From an uncultured delta proteobacterium (GTDB lineage Bacteria > Desulfobacterota > Binatia > Binatales > Binataceae), in assembly GCA_963724765.1 (NCBI GenBank), contig CAVRVY010000001.1, forward strand, positions 96,001 to 160,000: a stretch of DNA of 64,000 bases. The letters run 5' to 3'. Position 1 is the stretch's first letter. Each line of letters opens with the position of its first letter. The position numbers and the translations under genes are program-made. Below are positions 46,419-57,165 of the stretch, piece after piece. The notes below the pieces were generated by a model. That model was not told the origin of the DNA and searched no databases. It worked only from the letters and a program-made list of their open reading frames with translations.

Positions 46419-48164
46419 CTACGGAGCGGGTCTCACGACGGTATTGTCGTCCATCGTAACCGCGCCTGTACCGGAGACGGCTCCTGCCAGCGCTCTGCCG
46501 TCCAGCACCGCGCCGCTCACCAGAGTGATTGACGTGTTCGACAGTATGTTTCCCGCAAAGTGACTACCCGTGCCAATGGTCGCTGAACTGCCAACCTGCC
46601 AGAATATCTGGGAAGGTTTGGCGCCGCCTGCGAGTGTAATCCCATAGCCGGATGACGTGGTCAGGGTGGAAGCGATCTGAAAGATAAAGACCGCATTCGG
46701 ATCGCCCTGGGCGTCGAGCGTGAGATTCCCGCCTCCCGATATCGCCGTCGACGTTCCGGACCGATAGAGGCCGGGGGTGAAGGTCAGCCCGCCAATATTT
46801 CCAACGGCCGGAGTAAAAGCCCCCGTTCGTCCCGCGGCGTCGTTATATGCGATGGCCAAGGCCGCCTCGCCGGCCTGAGCGGTGGTATTGTTCACGTCTA
46901 TTGTGCCGTCTACCATTCCTGGCGGGAAATTGGTCATTGAAGTGCCCGGCCACAAGCCGACATCTCCGGTAATCATGGTTGGCGTCGACGTGTTGCTGAT
47001 CCCGGCGGCGGCAAGAACCGCAAAATTGGCCGCGGCGCCAAGAGCTACCGTGCTCTGGCTCGCGCTCGTCCCTGTTGTAAACTGCCATTCATAGCTACCC
47101 GACGGTTGATTCCCCGCCAGTGCATTGTCATACAGATCACGGGCCTCGTTCGTAATCGAAGCGGTGTACAATGTATCGATCAGCAGATTGGCCCTGGGCA
47201 CGAAGGTCGCGATCGTCACGTTGTTTGTCGAGTCATAGAAATAGGTGACGGTTCCGGCCACGCTGGCGCCGCCTGGTCCAGTCAGAAAGAAATCCCCGGT
47301 AGTGATAGTCGCGTAGTTCATCGCTTCGCTGAAGGTCGCATTGACCTTCTGATTGATCGGCACAAGCGACGCATTATTGGCCGGGTTTGTGGAGGTCACG
47401 GTAGGTCGCACAATCGCCGCATCCGTTCCGGTGTCGAAACTCCATACATAGTTGCTAGCCAATGGGATGCTCGCGAGACTTTTAACTCCAGTGGTAATCG
47501 TGGCTATATAGTGAGTGCTCGGTTTGAGACCGTATGCGGGTCTGAAAGTCACAGAGCCGGAGGCGTAAGAGACCGTTCCAATTATCGCGGCACCGCCCGG
47601 TTTTGTCACCGTAAACCTTGTTGTGTCGAACGAACCGGGAGACATTTCCTCGCTAAACATCGCGATGATCAGCTGGTTGGTGGGAACATCTGTAGCGGCG
47701 TCGGCGGGATTTGTGAAAGTCACCGTAGGATGGCTCGTATCGCTGCTAACGCCGGTGGTAAAACTCCATACATACGGATGTCCCATCGCGACGCCTGCCA
47801 GGTCCGAGGCCTCCGGTTTGACTTCGGCAGTATACGTGGTATTAGGCAGCAAGCTCAAAGACGGCCTGAAAATTGCGGTTCTGCCATAGTAACTGACTTC
47901 TCCGCTAACCAGGGCGCCCCCGGGTTTTTGTAGAATCAAACATGCGCTCATCGACGGGATGGACATTTGCTGGCTGAAGGTCACTGTAACTGGCTGATTC
48001 AGGGTTACGCCCACGGCTCCATCAGCCGGGCTCGTCGCGGTCACCGTTGGCGTGACGGAAACCGGGCCTTCGATTTGCGAGTTACTAACTGCGGTCCATA
48101 CGCCTGAAAACGCGATCAGGATTATCGCGATGAACCACAGTTTAAGCGGTTCCTGTGTCTTCAT
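46419..48164 (-). CDS. Ice-binding protein (DUF3494) with three Big_5 Ig-like domains
   Basis: PTVT.T.PA repeats x3; FAVLA, TPGLY, LDAQGDPNAVFIFQI, IFWQVGSSAT, GRALA. Confidence 0.93.
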   Translation of the reverse strand: MKTQEPLKLWFIAIILIAFSGVWTAVSNSQIEGPVSVTPTVTATSPADGAVGVTLNQPVTVTFSQQMSIPSMSACLILQKPGGALVSGEVSYYGRTAIFRPSLSLLPNTTYTAEVKPEASDLAGVAMGHPYVWSFTTGVSSDTSHPTVTFTNPADAATDVPTNQLIIAMFSEEMSPGSFDTTRFTVTKPGGAAIIGTVSYASGSVTFRPAYGLKPSTHYIATITTGVKSLASIPLASNYVWSFDTGTDAAIVRPTVTSTNPANNASLVPINQKVNATFSEAMNYATITTGDFFLTGPGGASVAGTVTYFYDSTNNVTIATFVPRANLLIDTLYTASITNEARDLYDNALAGNQPSGSYEWQFTTGTSASQSTVALGAAANFAVLAAAGISNTSTPTMITGDVGLWPGTSMTNFPPGMVDGTIDVNNTTAQAGEAALAIAYNDAAGRTGAFTPAVGNIGGLTFTPGLYRSGTSTAISGGGNLTLDAQGDPNAVFIFQIASTLTTSSGYGITLAGGAKPSQIFWQVGSSATIGTGSHFAGNILSNTSITLVSGAVLDGRALAGAVSGTGAVTMDDNTVVRPAP

Positions 48165-49238
48165 GTGAATCTCTCTCCTCGTTAGTTGGTGCGACGCGTC
48201 GCCGCATAAATTGAAAAGGATAGCAAGTGGGATATCTACTCTATTCTGATGCGATCTTAGGGACTAGTCTGTCAGGAGGCGGAGTTGTCACAGGGAGAAC
48301 AAAAGGCGTCGAACCGGAGCGCTGCTTGTCCTGATGAGACTATTGACTATTGCTATGCGCGTTGTGCGAGCGTGGGGAATGCAAAGAGTACGGTCACTGA
48401 CTAATGGGAACGATAGAACACGGAGATATGGGGATAGTGACGCGAGCAGTGGAGGCTCGTTCGTTCAAGCGGCAATATATGGTCACTTTCCAGGTGTATG
48501 GCTGCTCGATGGGTCCGGGGCGGCGGCGATTTACAAGAGCCTGTGGGCAGCCGGCGTGTTAATCGAAGGCGGCGGGTGCGGGGTTTCTCGACTCGAGAAG
48601 GAAACTCGGCTGACATCGAGAAGATGCGCCCATGCGCTTTGCGGTCGGATCCAGTCGGGGTCGGTGACGCGGGTGCATTTTGACTTCAACAGAGCGAGCG
48701 ACCGTGAAGTTTGAGCAGTGGGCGCTCGATGAATCGGCCGGTACGCGCGAAGCGACTGAGCGCCACGATTTGGGTTAAGAGCTGCTGCGAGGCGAGGGGG
48801 GAGGGCAAGCCTATTGTGGGTTTAGGAGGTCGGGAATTCGTAAGAATTTGCTTATTATGAGGAGATCCGCGAGCCCGCTTCGCCGCTTCGATTGTTCTTT
48901 GGGGAACAAATTTCGGGCCTACGCGTGACATTTCGTTCTGATCTTGCCATTACGAGTGTAAAATTGTCCTACCACGCAGGGCGCTGGCCGCTCCGGCCGT
49001 TTCCAAGGGCCGGCTGCAATCGAAGTTCTTACCCTCGCCTTAAGTGCGAACTCGCAAACGCGTGCAGCCCGGATGGCGTCGATGCCAGCGGCAGTTCGTA
49101 AAGGTACCAGTCGCTAATGTGTGTTACTTGAGTAACAATGGTAGTGTCTCGAGTCAGGGGCCGGCGCGAAGATTCGGCTTTTGAAAAAGGGACTTCCCAA
49201 CGAAAGCGGCACAGATAAATAGGAGTCCTGCTGATCGG

Positions 49239-51014
49239 GTGGTCGAGTTTTCCACCCTCGTCGAAGCCCTGAGCTGGCGCGCGCTGTGGCAGCCGGAGCA
49301 GCGGATTTACAATTATCTGCTCGATGGAGAAACAGAAGGCGAACACCTGACCTTTGCGGCTCTGGACCGGCAAGCGCGGGCGATTGGTGCGCTGCTGCAA
49401 AGCCATGTGGCAACTGGTGAGCGCGCCCTGTTGCTCTATCCAACGGGTCTCGAATTCATCGCCGGTTTTTTTGGTTGCCTATATGCCGGGGTGATTGCGG
49501 TCCCTGTGCCCCCACCCAATCCAGCCCAGCCGCAGCGAACGCTCCCCAGGCTTCTCGCCATCACTAACGACGCTCGACCGACGGCGGCGCTGACCACGTC
49601 ATCGATTCTGTCCAAGGTGGAGGGCTTGTTCACTCAAGCGCCAGAGCTGCAGACGATGCGCTGGTTGGCCACCGACAACGTTGCCGGTGATCCGGCTGAG
49701 GAATGGCAGGACCCTGCCGCGACCGGCAACAGCCTGGCTTTGCTCCAATACACCTCGGGTTCGACCACGACACCTCGAGGTGTGATGGTCAGCCACGCGA
49801 ACCTCATCCGGAACTCGGCGCATATCAGCCGAGTCTTCGAAGTCGCGGCGGATACCGTATCCGTGACCTGGCTGCCGGCCTTCCATGATATGGGCCTTGC
49901 CAACGGAATCATCCAACCACTGCTCCGGGGACGTCACTGTTACCTGATGCCGCCGCAGTCCTTTCTTCAGCGGCCGGTGCGATGGCTCCAGGCTATTTCG
50001 CGTTACAAGGCCGCCGTCAGTGGAGGCCCCAATTTCGCCTATGAACTATGCTCTCGCAGGGTCACTCCGGAACAACGCGAAACTCTGGACCTCGGCAGTT
50101 GGTATGCGGCTTACAACGGTGCTGAGCCGATCCGGGCGGACACTCTTAGCCGGTTTGTCGCGACCTTTGCACGATGTGGCTTCCGTCCGCGCTTCTTCTA
50201 TCCGTGTTATGGGCTCGCCGAAGCGACCCTGATTGTCTCGGGCGGACTTCTCCACGATGAGCCCATACTCTGCACGACCGAGGTGACGGCGCTCGAACAC
50301 AACCGCGTCGTGGAAGGCTGCGACCCGCTGCGCAATGTGCGGACCCTGGTAGGGTCTGGCGGCGCCATGTTCGGTACACGAATTGTCATCGTCGATCCGG
50401 AATCGTTGACCGCCTGTGCGCCGGATTCAGTGGGCGAAATCTGGGTTTCAGGCCCCACCGTCGCGCACGGCTATTGGAACCGGCCGCAAGAGACCGAGCG
50501 TACTTTCCAGGCCTGTCTGGCGGACACCGGCGAAGGGCCGTTCCTGCGCACCGGCGATTTAGGATTCTTAAAAGACGGCGAGTTGTTCGTCACCGGCCGC
50601 TTGAAGGACCTGATCATCATCGACGGCCGCAACTTCTACCCCCAGGATATTGAATTGACCGTGGAACAGAGCCATCCGGCGATGCGGCCGGGTTGTTGCG
50701 CGGCATTTTCGGTTGATTTCAACGAAGAACGGCTGATCGTCGCCGCGGAGGTTGAGCGTCGCTACCAGGCGGGCTTCCAGGAGAGCCAGGTCGGCCACAA
50801 CGGGACAGCGCGCGCCCATCCAAACGGACGTCCGCCGCTGGATGTCGAGGCGGTAGTGCGGGCCATCCGCCGGACAGTGGCGGAGGAGCACGACGTACGC
50901 GCGCACGCGGTGGTGCTGCTTCGGGCTGGAAGCATCCCGAGGACGCCCAGCGGCAAGGTCCAGCGCCGTGTCTGCAAGGCCAGTTTTCTGGACGGCACGC
51001 TGGACAAACTGTGA
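49239..51014 (+). CDS. Fatty acyl-AMP ligase (FAAL)
   Basis: LQYTSGST, WLPAFHDMGL, CYGLAEATL, RTGDLG, GRNFYPQDIE. Confidence 0.93.
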   Translation: MVEFSTLVEALSWRALWQPEQRIYNYLLDGETEGEHLTFAALDRQARAIGALLQSHVATGERALLLYPTGLEFIAGFFGCLYAGVIAVPVPPPNPAQPQRTLPRLLAITNDARPTAALTTSSILSKVEGLFTQAPELQTMRWLATDNVAGDPAEEWQDPAATGNSLALLQYTSGSTTTPRGVMVSHANLIRNSAHISRVFEVAADTVSVTWLPAFHDMGLANGIIQPLLRGRHCYLMPPQSFLQRPVRWLQAISRYKAAVSGGPNFAYELCSRRVTPEQRETLDLGSWYAAYNGAEPIRADTLSRFVATFARCGFRPRFFYPCYGLAEATLIVSGGLLHDEPILCTTEVTALEHNRVVEGCDPLRNVRTLVGSGGAMFGTRIVIVDPESLTACAPDSVGEIWVSGPTVAHGYWNRPQETERTFQACLADTGEGPFLRTGDLGFLKDGELFVTGRLKDLIIIDGRNFYPQDIELTVEQSHPAMRPGCCAAFSVDFNEERLIVAAEVERRYQAGFQESQVGHNGTARAHPNGRPPLDVEAVVRAIRRTVAEEHDVRAHAVVLLRAGSIPRTPSGKVQRRVCKASFLDGTLDKL

Positions 51015-51024
51015 GGGCTGATCG

Positions 51025-54000
51025 ATGGCCGGGAATTCCACCAATGGCGACTTTCGGAGCTTTGCCGATCGGAACGAGCGTGTCGAACAGCGCCATTCAG
51101 ATTCGCCCCCGGCTGAAGTCATCGCGGCCTGGATGGTCTCGCGGCTTTCAGTTCTGCTCGGCATCGAGTCTCACGAGATAGACGTTCGGGAGCCCTTCGC
51201 CAGCTATGGCCTGGGATCAACGGAGTTGGTGAGCCTCTCTGGTGAGCTCGCAGAGTGGCTCGGACGGCAACTTTCTCCTGAACTGGCATATGAGTATTCC
51301 ACCATCGACACTCTCGCGCGGCACCTGGCGCAGCCGCCGGAACTGTCGCGGTCAGCGATGCGGTCGGCCGCGCACTCGGCCGCGAAGACTGGCCAGGATC
51401 CTTTAGCGCAACCCGAACCGATCGCAATCATCGGCATCGGCTGCCGATTTCCCGGCGCCAAGGACCCGTTGGCTTTCTGGCAATTGCTGCACGATGGGGT
51501 CGATGCCATCACGGAAGTTCCCGCCGAGCGCTTCAACCTCCGCGCCTTTTACGATCCAGATCCGGCGGCCCCGGGCAAGATGAGCACCCGCTGGGGCGGC
51601 TTCCTTGAGCAGGTGGACCAATTCGATCCGCATTTCTTCGGCATCTCGCCGCGGGAAGCTTCGCGCATGGATCCCCAGCAACGCCTGTTGCTCGAGGTGG
51701 CTTGGGAAGCGCTGGAAGATGCTGGACAGGTGCGGGAGCGTCTGGCCGGCACTCAGACCGGCGTGTTCATCGGCATATCGAACAACGATTACGGCCGGAT
51801 TCAGTTCAGCGATCCTTATAGCATCGATGCCTACGCGGGCACCGGCAATGCCCTGAGCATCGCGGCCAACCGGCTCTCCTACCTGTTCGATTTCCGCGGG
51901 CCGAGCATCGCGGTTGATACCGCCTGTTCCTCGTCGCTCGTGGCGGTGCACCTGGCCTGCCGCAGCCTCTGGAGCGGAGAGTCCACTGTGGCACTGGCCG
52001 GAGGCGTGAACCTGATCCTGTCGCCGGCGATTAGCATCAATTTTACCAAAGCCGGCGTGATGGCTCCGGACGGGCGCTGCAAGGCTTTCGATGCGCGAGC
52101 CAACGGCTACGTTCGCAGTGAGGGCGCCGGTCTTGTCGTTCTGAAACCCCTGTCGAGGGCCTTGGCCGAAGCTGATCCGATTTACGCGCTGATTCGCGGC
52201 AGCGCGGTGAATCAGGACGGACGGAGCAACGGGCTGATGGCGCCCAATCCGCTGGCTCAGGAGGCCGTCCTGCGCGAAGCCTACCGGCGAGCCGGGGTTT
52301 CGCCCGGCCGCGTGCAATACGTCGAGGCGCACGGCACCGGCACATTTTTGGGCGACCCGATCGAGGCGAAAGCGCTGGGCACGGTGCTCGCCGTCGGCCG
52401 TCCGCGCGCACGCCCATGCGCCTTGGGCTCGGTCAAAACCAATATCGGCCATCTCGAGGCCGCGGCTGGTATTGCCGGCTTGATCAAGGTGGCCCTGACG
52501 CTTAAGCATCGGGAGATCCTGCCGAGCCTGCACTTTCAGGAGCCCAACCCCCATATTCCTTTTGAGACGCTCCCGCTGCGGGTGCAGACGAAACCGGGTC
52601 CGTGGCCCGCGGAGCCGGGTCCGGCGCTGGCCGGGGTGACCTCGTTGGGGTTTGGCGGAACCAATGCTCACGTGGTTCTGCAAGAGGCGCCGCCGTCCAA
52701 CCTCGGAATGCGTAATGGGGACCGCACGGCGGAAAATCCGCGAGGGGAAATCCGCAATAGCAAGTCCGCACACTTACTACCGCTTTCGGCCCGAAGTCCG
52801 GAAGCCCTTCAATCTCTGGCGCGCGCATATCAGGAGTTTCTGGCTGGCGCGGAGTCCAACGCGTCGCTGCGCGACATCTGTTACACGGCCAGCGTGCGCC
52901 GCAGTCATCACGACTATCGCCTCGCGGTGAGGGGCAACTCGCCGGAGCAACTCACCGCGGGCCTGGAGGCCTTCTTGCGCGGCGAGGCTCATTCCGGCCT
53001 GTCCTCCGGTCGCAGCGTTTCAAGTCGCCAGCGAAAACTGGTCTTCGTGTTTCCCGGCCAAGGGTCCCAATGGTGGGGTATGGGACGAGCGCTGCTCACG
53101 CAGGAGGCAGTCTTCCGTGAAGTCGTGAAACGCTGCGACCGGGCGATGCGACGGTACTGCGATTGGTCTTTGCTCGCCGAACTCAGCGCCATCGACGCGT
53201 CGCGGTCGCGGTTGAACGAAATCGACATCGTCCAGCCGGCTCTTTTCGCGATTCAGGTGGCGCTGGCAGCCTTGTGGCGCTCCTGGGGTATCGAGCCACA
53301 GGCCGTCGTGGGCCACAGCATGGGAGAGGTCGCGGCGGCCTGCGTCGCCGGTGCGTTGACTCTGGAAGATGCAACCCGGGTCATTTGCCGGCGCAGCCGT
53401 TTGATTAAGCCCACCATCGGGCGGGGCGCGATGGCCGCGGTGGAGCTTTCGATCGAGGAAGCCCGGCGCGCGCTGGCCGGCTACGAAGATCGCGTATCCA
53501 TCGCTGCCAGCAACAGTCCGACCTCCACGGTGCTGTCAGGAGATCCGGCGGCGCTCAAAGCGATCCTTGATCAATTGCAACGCCAGGACATCTTCTGCGG
53601 CCTGGTCAAGGTCGATTTCGCCTCTCACAGCCACCAGATGGATCCCTTGCGCGCCGATTTGTTGCGGGCCCTGGAAGGGCTGAAGCCTCGGGCCGGATCG
53701 CTGCCCATCTATTCGACCGTGACAGGCATGGTCAGCAATGGAAGCGAGTTCGAGGCGCTCCATTGGGTCAGGAACCTGCGCGAGCCCGTGCTCTTTTCAA
53801 CCGCAGTGCAGCAACTACTGGAAAACGGACATGACACTTTCCTGGAGGTCAGTCCGCATCCCATTTTGCTTAGCGCCATCCAGCAAGGGATTCATCATTT
53901 CGGCCAGGAGGGCGCCGCCGTGCTCCCTTCCCTGCGGCGCGGGGAACAGGAACACGCGGTGATGATGGGATCGCTGGGCGCGTTATATGCGCTCGGTTCT

Positions 54001-57000
54001 CCGATCGACTGGGGCCGGATTTATCCGCCCGGGAGCCAGTGCGTTCGCCTCCCGTTTTATCCGTGGCAACGGGAGCGTTGCTGGCTCGAGACTCCGGCAG
54101 AAGGCCTCGACTCTCTATTGGAGCAAATCCCTCGGGCCGAGAGCGGCAAGCATCCTCTTCTGGGCCGGCATTTAAAATCGGCGCAGCCTGCGGAAACCCA
54201 CTTCTGGGAAGTCATCCTGGACAAGCGAACGCTGCCTTATCTGGACGAGCATCGCATCGAGGGGGTCGCACTGCTGCCCGCCTCGCTCTACCTGGAGATG
54301 GCTCTGTCCGCCGCGCATGAAGCCTTCGCGAAACAGCCATTTGTCTTGGAGAATATTGAATTTCGCAAGGCACTTTTCCTGCCTGAGGCTGGAACCCGCA
54401 CGATTCAGGTGATCCTTTCTCCCGATGCGGATGCGGCCGCATCAGTTCATATCTACAGCCGTCCGACAGACGCGGAGCGGTCCAGTAACTCATGGATACT
54501 GCATGCGAGTGCGAAGGTCTGTCCGCAGCACGATGGTGGCGTCTCGCCAGTTCTCGGGCGGGATGTGCTTGCGGAGATCCAGGCTCGATGCTCCGAGAGG
54601 GTCTCCGGCCAGGACTACTACTCGCGGCTGGGCGAAAGCGGTATCCAATATGGCCCTTTTTTCCAGAGCATCTCACAGTTGTGGCGATACAACGGGGATA
54701 TGCTGGGTGAAGTGCGGGTTCCCGACGGCTCCGATACGCAGTTCGACGCCTATCAATTCCATCCGGCGATACTGGACGCCTGCTTGCAGACTGTCGGCGC
54801 TGGAGTAGCTACTCAAGCGCTAGCAACCGGCAAACAGAGTATCTACATACCTACCCATATCGACCAGGTCCGGATCTACGACCGCCCGGGCCCGCATCTG
54901 TGGAGTCACGCCCAGCTGCAAGAGCACGAGGCTGATACAATCATGGGAGGCGTGCGGCTGCTGGACGAAGCGGGGCAGGTGGCGGTCGAGATTGTGGGAC
55001 TACGCTTCGATCAGCTCGGGCACGACGCACGGCCTGCGCTCGAGCAGAATCCGGACGATTGGCTTTACGAGTTCCAGTGGCAGTCCCACGATCGTCTGGC
55101 GAAGGATCGTCCGGACAACGAGCATCTGGCCAATGAGCGTTCAGAGGGACAAAGAGTCTCGCAGCCGTCCGCGCCAGCGAGCCCGGGGCGCTGGCTGATC
55201 TTTGCCGACAATAGTGGCGTGGGAGAAGCGTTGGCGGCACGGTTAAAAGGCGAGGGCGCACAGAGCGTCCTGGTTTCGCGCGGAGAATCCTACGAGCGCA
55301 CGGACCCTGAGCATTTTCGCATCCGCCCCGAACAGCCGGAGGACTTCCGAAGGCTTTTCGCCGCGGCGCTGTCATCCAATCAGTCCGCCTGCCGCGGGAT
55401 GATCCATCTCTGGAGTCTTGACGCTCCTCTGCCAGAGAAGACCGACGTCGCCTCGCTGAAGACGGCACAGACTTTTGGCTGCGGCAGTGCCCTGCCGTTG
55501 GTCCAGGAACTGGTCGAAGTCCAATCGCGCGAACTACCTCGTTTGTGGCTGGTCACGCGGGGCGCTCAGGCGGCAGGGGAAGAGTCCTCACCCTTGGGCG
55601 TAGCTCAGGCGCCGCTTTGGGGATTGGGCCGCGTCATCGCCCAGGAGCATCCGACGCTCTGGGGAGGACTCATAGATCTGGAAAGACCGGTGGATCCGGA
55701 ATTCGAGGTCTCGCAGGGCGATGCCGCCGCTAATCAATTGTGCGAGGAAATCACCACTCCAGATGGAGAGGATCAGGTTGCGTTCCGTCATGGCCGGCGA
55801 TACGTGGCCCGTTTAGTGCCCCGGCCCCGATCTGCGACACAGGGGCCTCCCCTTAGATGGCAGCCTGATGGCACTTACCTGATCACCGGAGGACTGGGGG
55901 ACCTGGGCCTCGTGGTCGCCCGTTGGATGGTAGAGCAGGGCGCTCGGCGGTTGATTCTTTTGGGACGCACGAGGCTCCCTCCCCGCGCCAGTTGGGGTTC
56001 GGTGCAGGCGGGAACCCGCCTGGCTCATCAAATCGCCGTCATCCGTGAGCTGGAAGCGCTGGGAGCGAGCGTGCATCCGGGCTCGGTGGATGTGGCGGAT
56101 GAAGGAGAGTTGCGCGCTTTTCTGGACGAGTTTCGCTCCGAGGGTTGGCCGCCGATCCGGGGCGTAGTGCATGCCGCGGGTGTGCTGCACGACGGACTGC
56201 TGTCGCAGCTTGATGCCGCCGCGCTGGACTCGGTTTTGCGGCCCAAGGTGATGGGTGGCTGGTTGCTGCATCGGTTACTCGAAGATGCTCCCTTGGACTT
56301 CTTCGTACTTTTTTCTTCCGCGGGCTCTCTCCTGGGCCAGCCTGGTCAGGGGAACTATGCTGCGGCCAACGCCTTTCTCGATGCTCTGGCGCATCATCGA
56401 AGGGCCCAGGGCCAGCCGGCACTGACTATCAACTGGGGAGCCTGGGCCGATTTGGGCTTCGCGGATACGGCTGGGGGCAAGCGCCTGGCGGCGCGTCTTG
56501 CGCTGCTGGGAATCAGCAGCATCGCGCCCCAACAAGCGCTGAAAGTGATGGAACGGATGCTCCGGCAAGGCTCGACCCAGGTTGTCGCGGTACCAGTCGA
56601 TTGGCGCCAGTATCGCCACTTTTTTCCAGCGGGCACTGAATCACCGCTACTCTCTCAACTTGCATGCGGGGAACCTGGCATTGCGCTACAAGCGGAGCAT
56701 CAGGGAGAAAAGAAATTCCTGACCCGCGACCTTCTCCTCGCCGCGCAACCAGCGGAGCGTCACCGGCTATTGCGGTCCTACCTGAGTCAGCAAGTGGTTC
56801 GTGTGCTCGGGCTCTCCGCATCCAGGCTGGACGTACATCAACCGCTCAGCAATCTGGGGCTGGACTCCTTGATGGCGGTCGAGCTGAAGAACCGGATTGC
56901 GCTTGACCTGGGCGTGAATGTGCCGATGGTGAAATTTCTGCAGGGACCTAGCGTCGAGCAGGCCGCGGCGCTGCTATCCGAACAACTGACAGCGGTGGTC

Positions 57001-57165
57001 TCCGAGGCGTCCGCGGGGTTTTCTCCGGCAGTTGCGCTACCCCAGGAGGCGCGGCAAAACGGCCACGCCAATGAACATCTGCTGGCAAACCTCGATCAGC
57101 TTTCGGATGAGGAAGTGAATTCATTACTCGCCGACACTCTGGCTGAAGAGGAACGCAGTGAATGA
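51025..57165 (+). CDS. Type I PKS: ACP-KS-AT-DH-KR-ACP
   Basis: GLGS; DTACSSS, HGTGT, NIGH; GHSMG, FASH; HRIEGVALLP; TGGLGDLG, LHD, YAAAN; GLDS. Confidence 0.96.
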   Translation: MAGNSTNGDFRSFADRNERVEQRHSDSPPAEVIAAWMVSRLSVLLGIESHEIDVREPFASYGLGSTELVSLSGELAEWLGRQLSPELAYEYSTIDTLARHLAQPPELSRSAMRSAAHSAAKTGQDPLAQPEPIAIIGIGCRFPGAKDPLAFWQLLHDGVDAITEVPAERFNLRAFYDPDPAAPGKMSTRWGGFLEQVDQFDPHFFGISPREASRMDPQQRLLLEVAWEALEDAGQVRERLAGTQTGVFIGISNNDYGRIQFSDPYSIDAYAGTGNALSIAANRLSYLFDFRGPSIAVDTACSSSLVAVHLACRSLWSGESTVALAGGVNLILSPAISINFTKAGVMAPDGRCKAFDARANGYVRSEGAGLVVLKPLSRALAEADPIYALIRGSAVNQDGRSNGLMAPNPLAQEAVLREAYRRAGVSPGRVQYVEAHGTGTFLGDPIEAKALGTVLAVGRPRARPCALGSVKTNIGHLEAAAGIAGLIKVALTLKHREILPSLHFQEPNPHIPFETLPLRVQTKPGPWPAEPGPALAGVTSLGFGGTNAHVVLQEAPPSNLGMRNGDRTAENPRGEIRNSKSAHLLPLSARSPEALQSLARAYQEFLAGAESNASLRDICYTASVRRSHHDYRLAVRGNSPEQLTAGLEAFLRGEAHSGLSSGRSVSSRQRKLVFVFPGQGSQWWGMGRALLTQEAVFREVVKRCDRAMRRYCDWSLLAELSAIDASRSRLNEIDIVQPALFAIQVALAALWRSWGIEPQAVVGHSMGEVAAACVAGALTLEDATRVICRRSRLIKPTIGRGAMAAVELSIEEARRALAGYEDRVSIAASNSPTSTVLSGDPAALKAILDQLQRQDIFCGLVKVDFASHSHQMDPLRADLLRALEGLKPRAGSLPIYSTVTGMVSNGSEFEALHWVRNLREPVLFSTAVQQLLENGHDTFLEVSPHPILLSAIQQGIHHFGQEGAAVLPSLRRGEQEHAVMMGSLGALYALGSPIDWGRIYPPGSQCVRLPFYPWQRERCWLETPAEGLDSLLEQIPRAESGKHPLLGRHLKSAQPAETHFWEVILDKRTLPYLDEHRIEGVALLPASLYLEMALSAAHEAFAKQPFVLENIEFRKALFLPEAGTRTIQVILSPDADAAASVHIYSRPTDAERSSNSWILHASAKVCPQHDGGVSPVLGRDVLAEIQARCSERVSGQDYYSRLGESGIQYGPFFQSISQLWRYNGDMLGEVRVPDGSDTQFDAYQFHPAILDACLQTVGAGVATQALATGKQSIYIPTHIDQVRIYDRPGPHLWSHAQLQEHEADTIMGGVRLLDEAGQVAVEIVGLRFDQLGHDARPALEQNPDDWLYEFQWQSHDRLAKDRPDNEHLANERSEGQRVSQPSAPASPGRWLIFADNSGVGEALAARLKGEGAQSVLVSRGESYERTDPEHFRIRPEQPEDFRRLFAAALSSNQSACRGMIHLWSLDAPLPEKTDVASLKTAQTFGCGSALPLVQELVEVQSRELPRLWLVTRGAQAAGEESSPLGVAQAPLWGLGRVIAQEHPTLWGGLIDLERPVDPEFEVSQGDAAANQLCEEITTPDGEDQVAFRHGRRYVARLVPRPRSATQGPPLRWQPDGTYLITGGLGDLGLVVARWMVEQGARRLILLGRTRLPPRASWGSVQAGTRLAHQIAVIRELEALGASVHPGSVDVADEGELRAFLDEFRSEGWPPIRGVVHAAGVLHDGLLSQLDAAALDSVLRPKVMGGWLLHRLLEDAPLDFFVLFSSAGSLLGQPGQGNYAAANAFLDALAHHRRAQGQPALTINWGAWADLGFADTAGGKRLAARLALLGISSIAPQQALKVMERMLRQGSTQVVAVPVDWRQYRHFFPAGTESPLLSQLACGEPGIALQAEHQGEKKFLTRDLLLAAQPAERHRLLRSYLSQQVVRVLGLSASRLDVHQPLSNLGLDSLMAVELKNRIALDLGVNVPMVKFLQGPSVEQAAALLSEQLTAVVSEASAGFSPAVALPQEARQNGHANEHLLANLDQLSDEEVNSLLADTLAEEERSE

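Noticed and set aside
48165-49238. Short ORFs in the 1-kb gap before the FAAL gene
   Set aside because: No motifs or convincing RBS; treated as a divergent promoter region.
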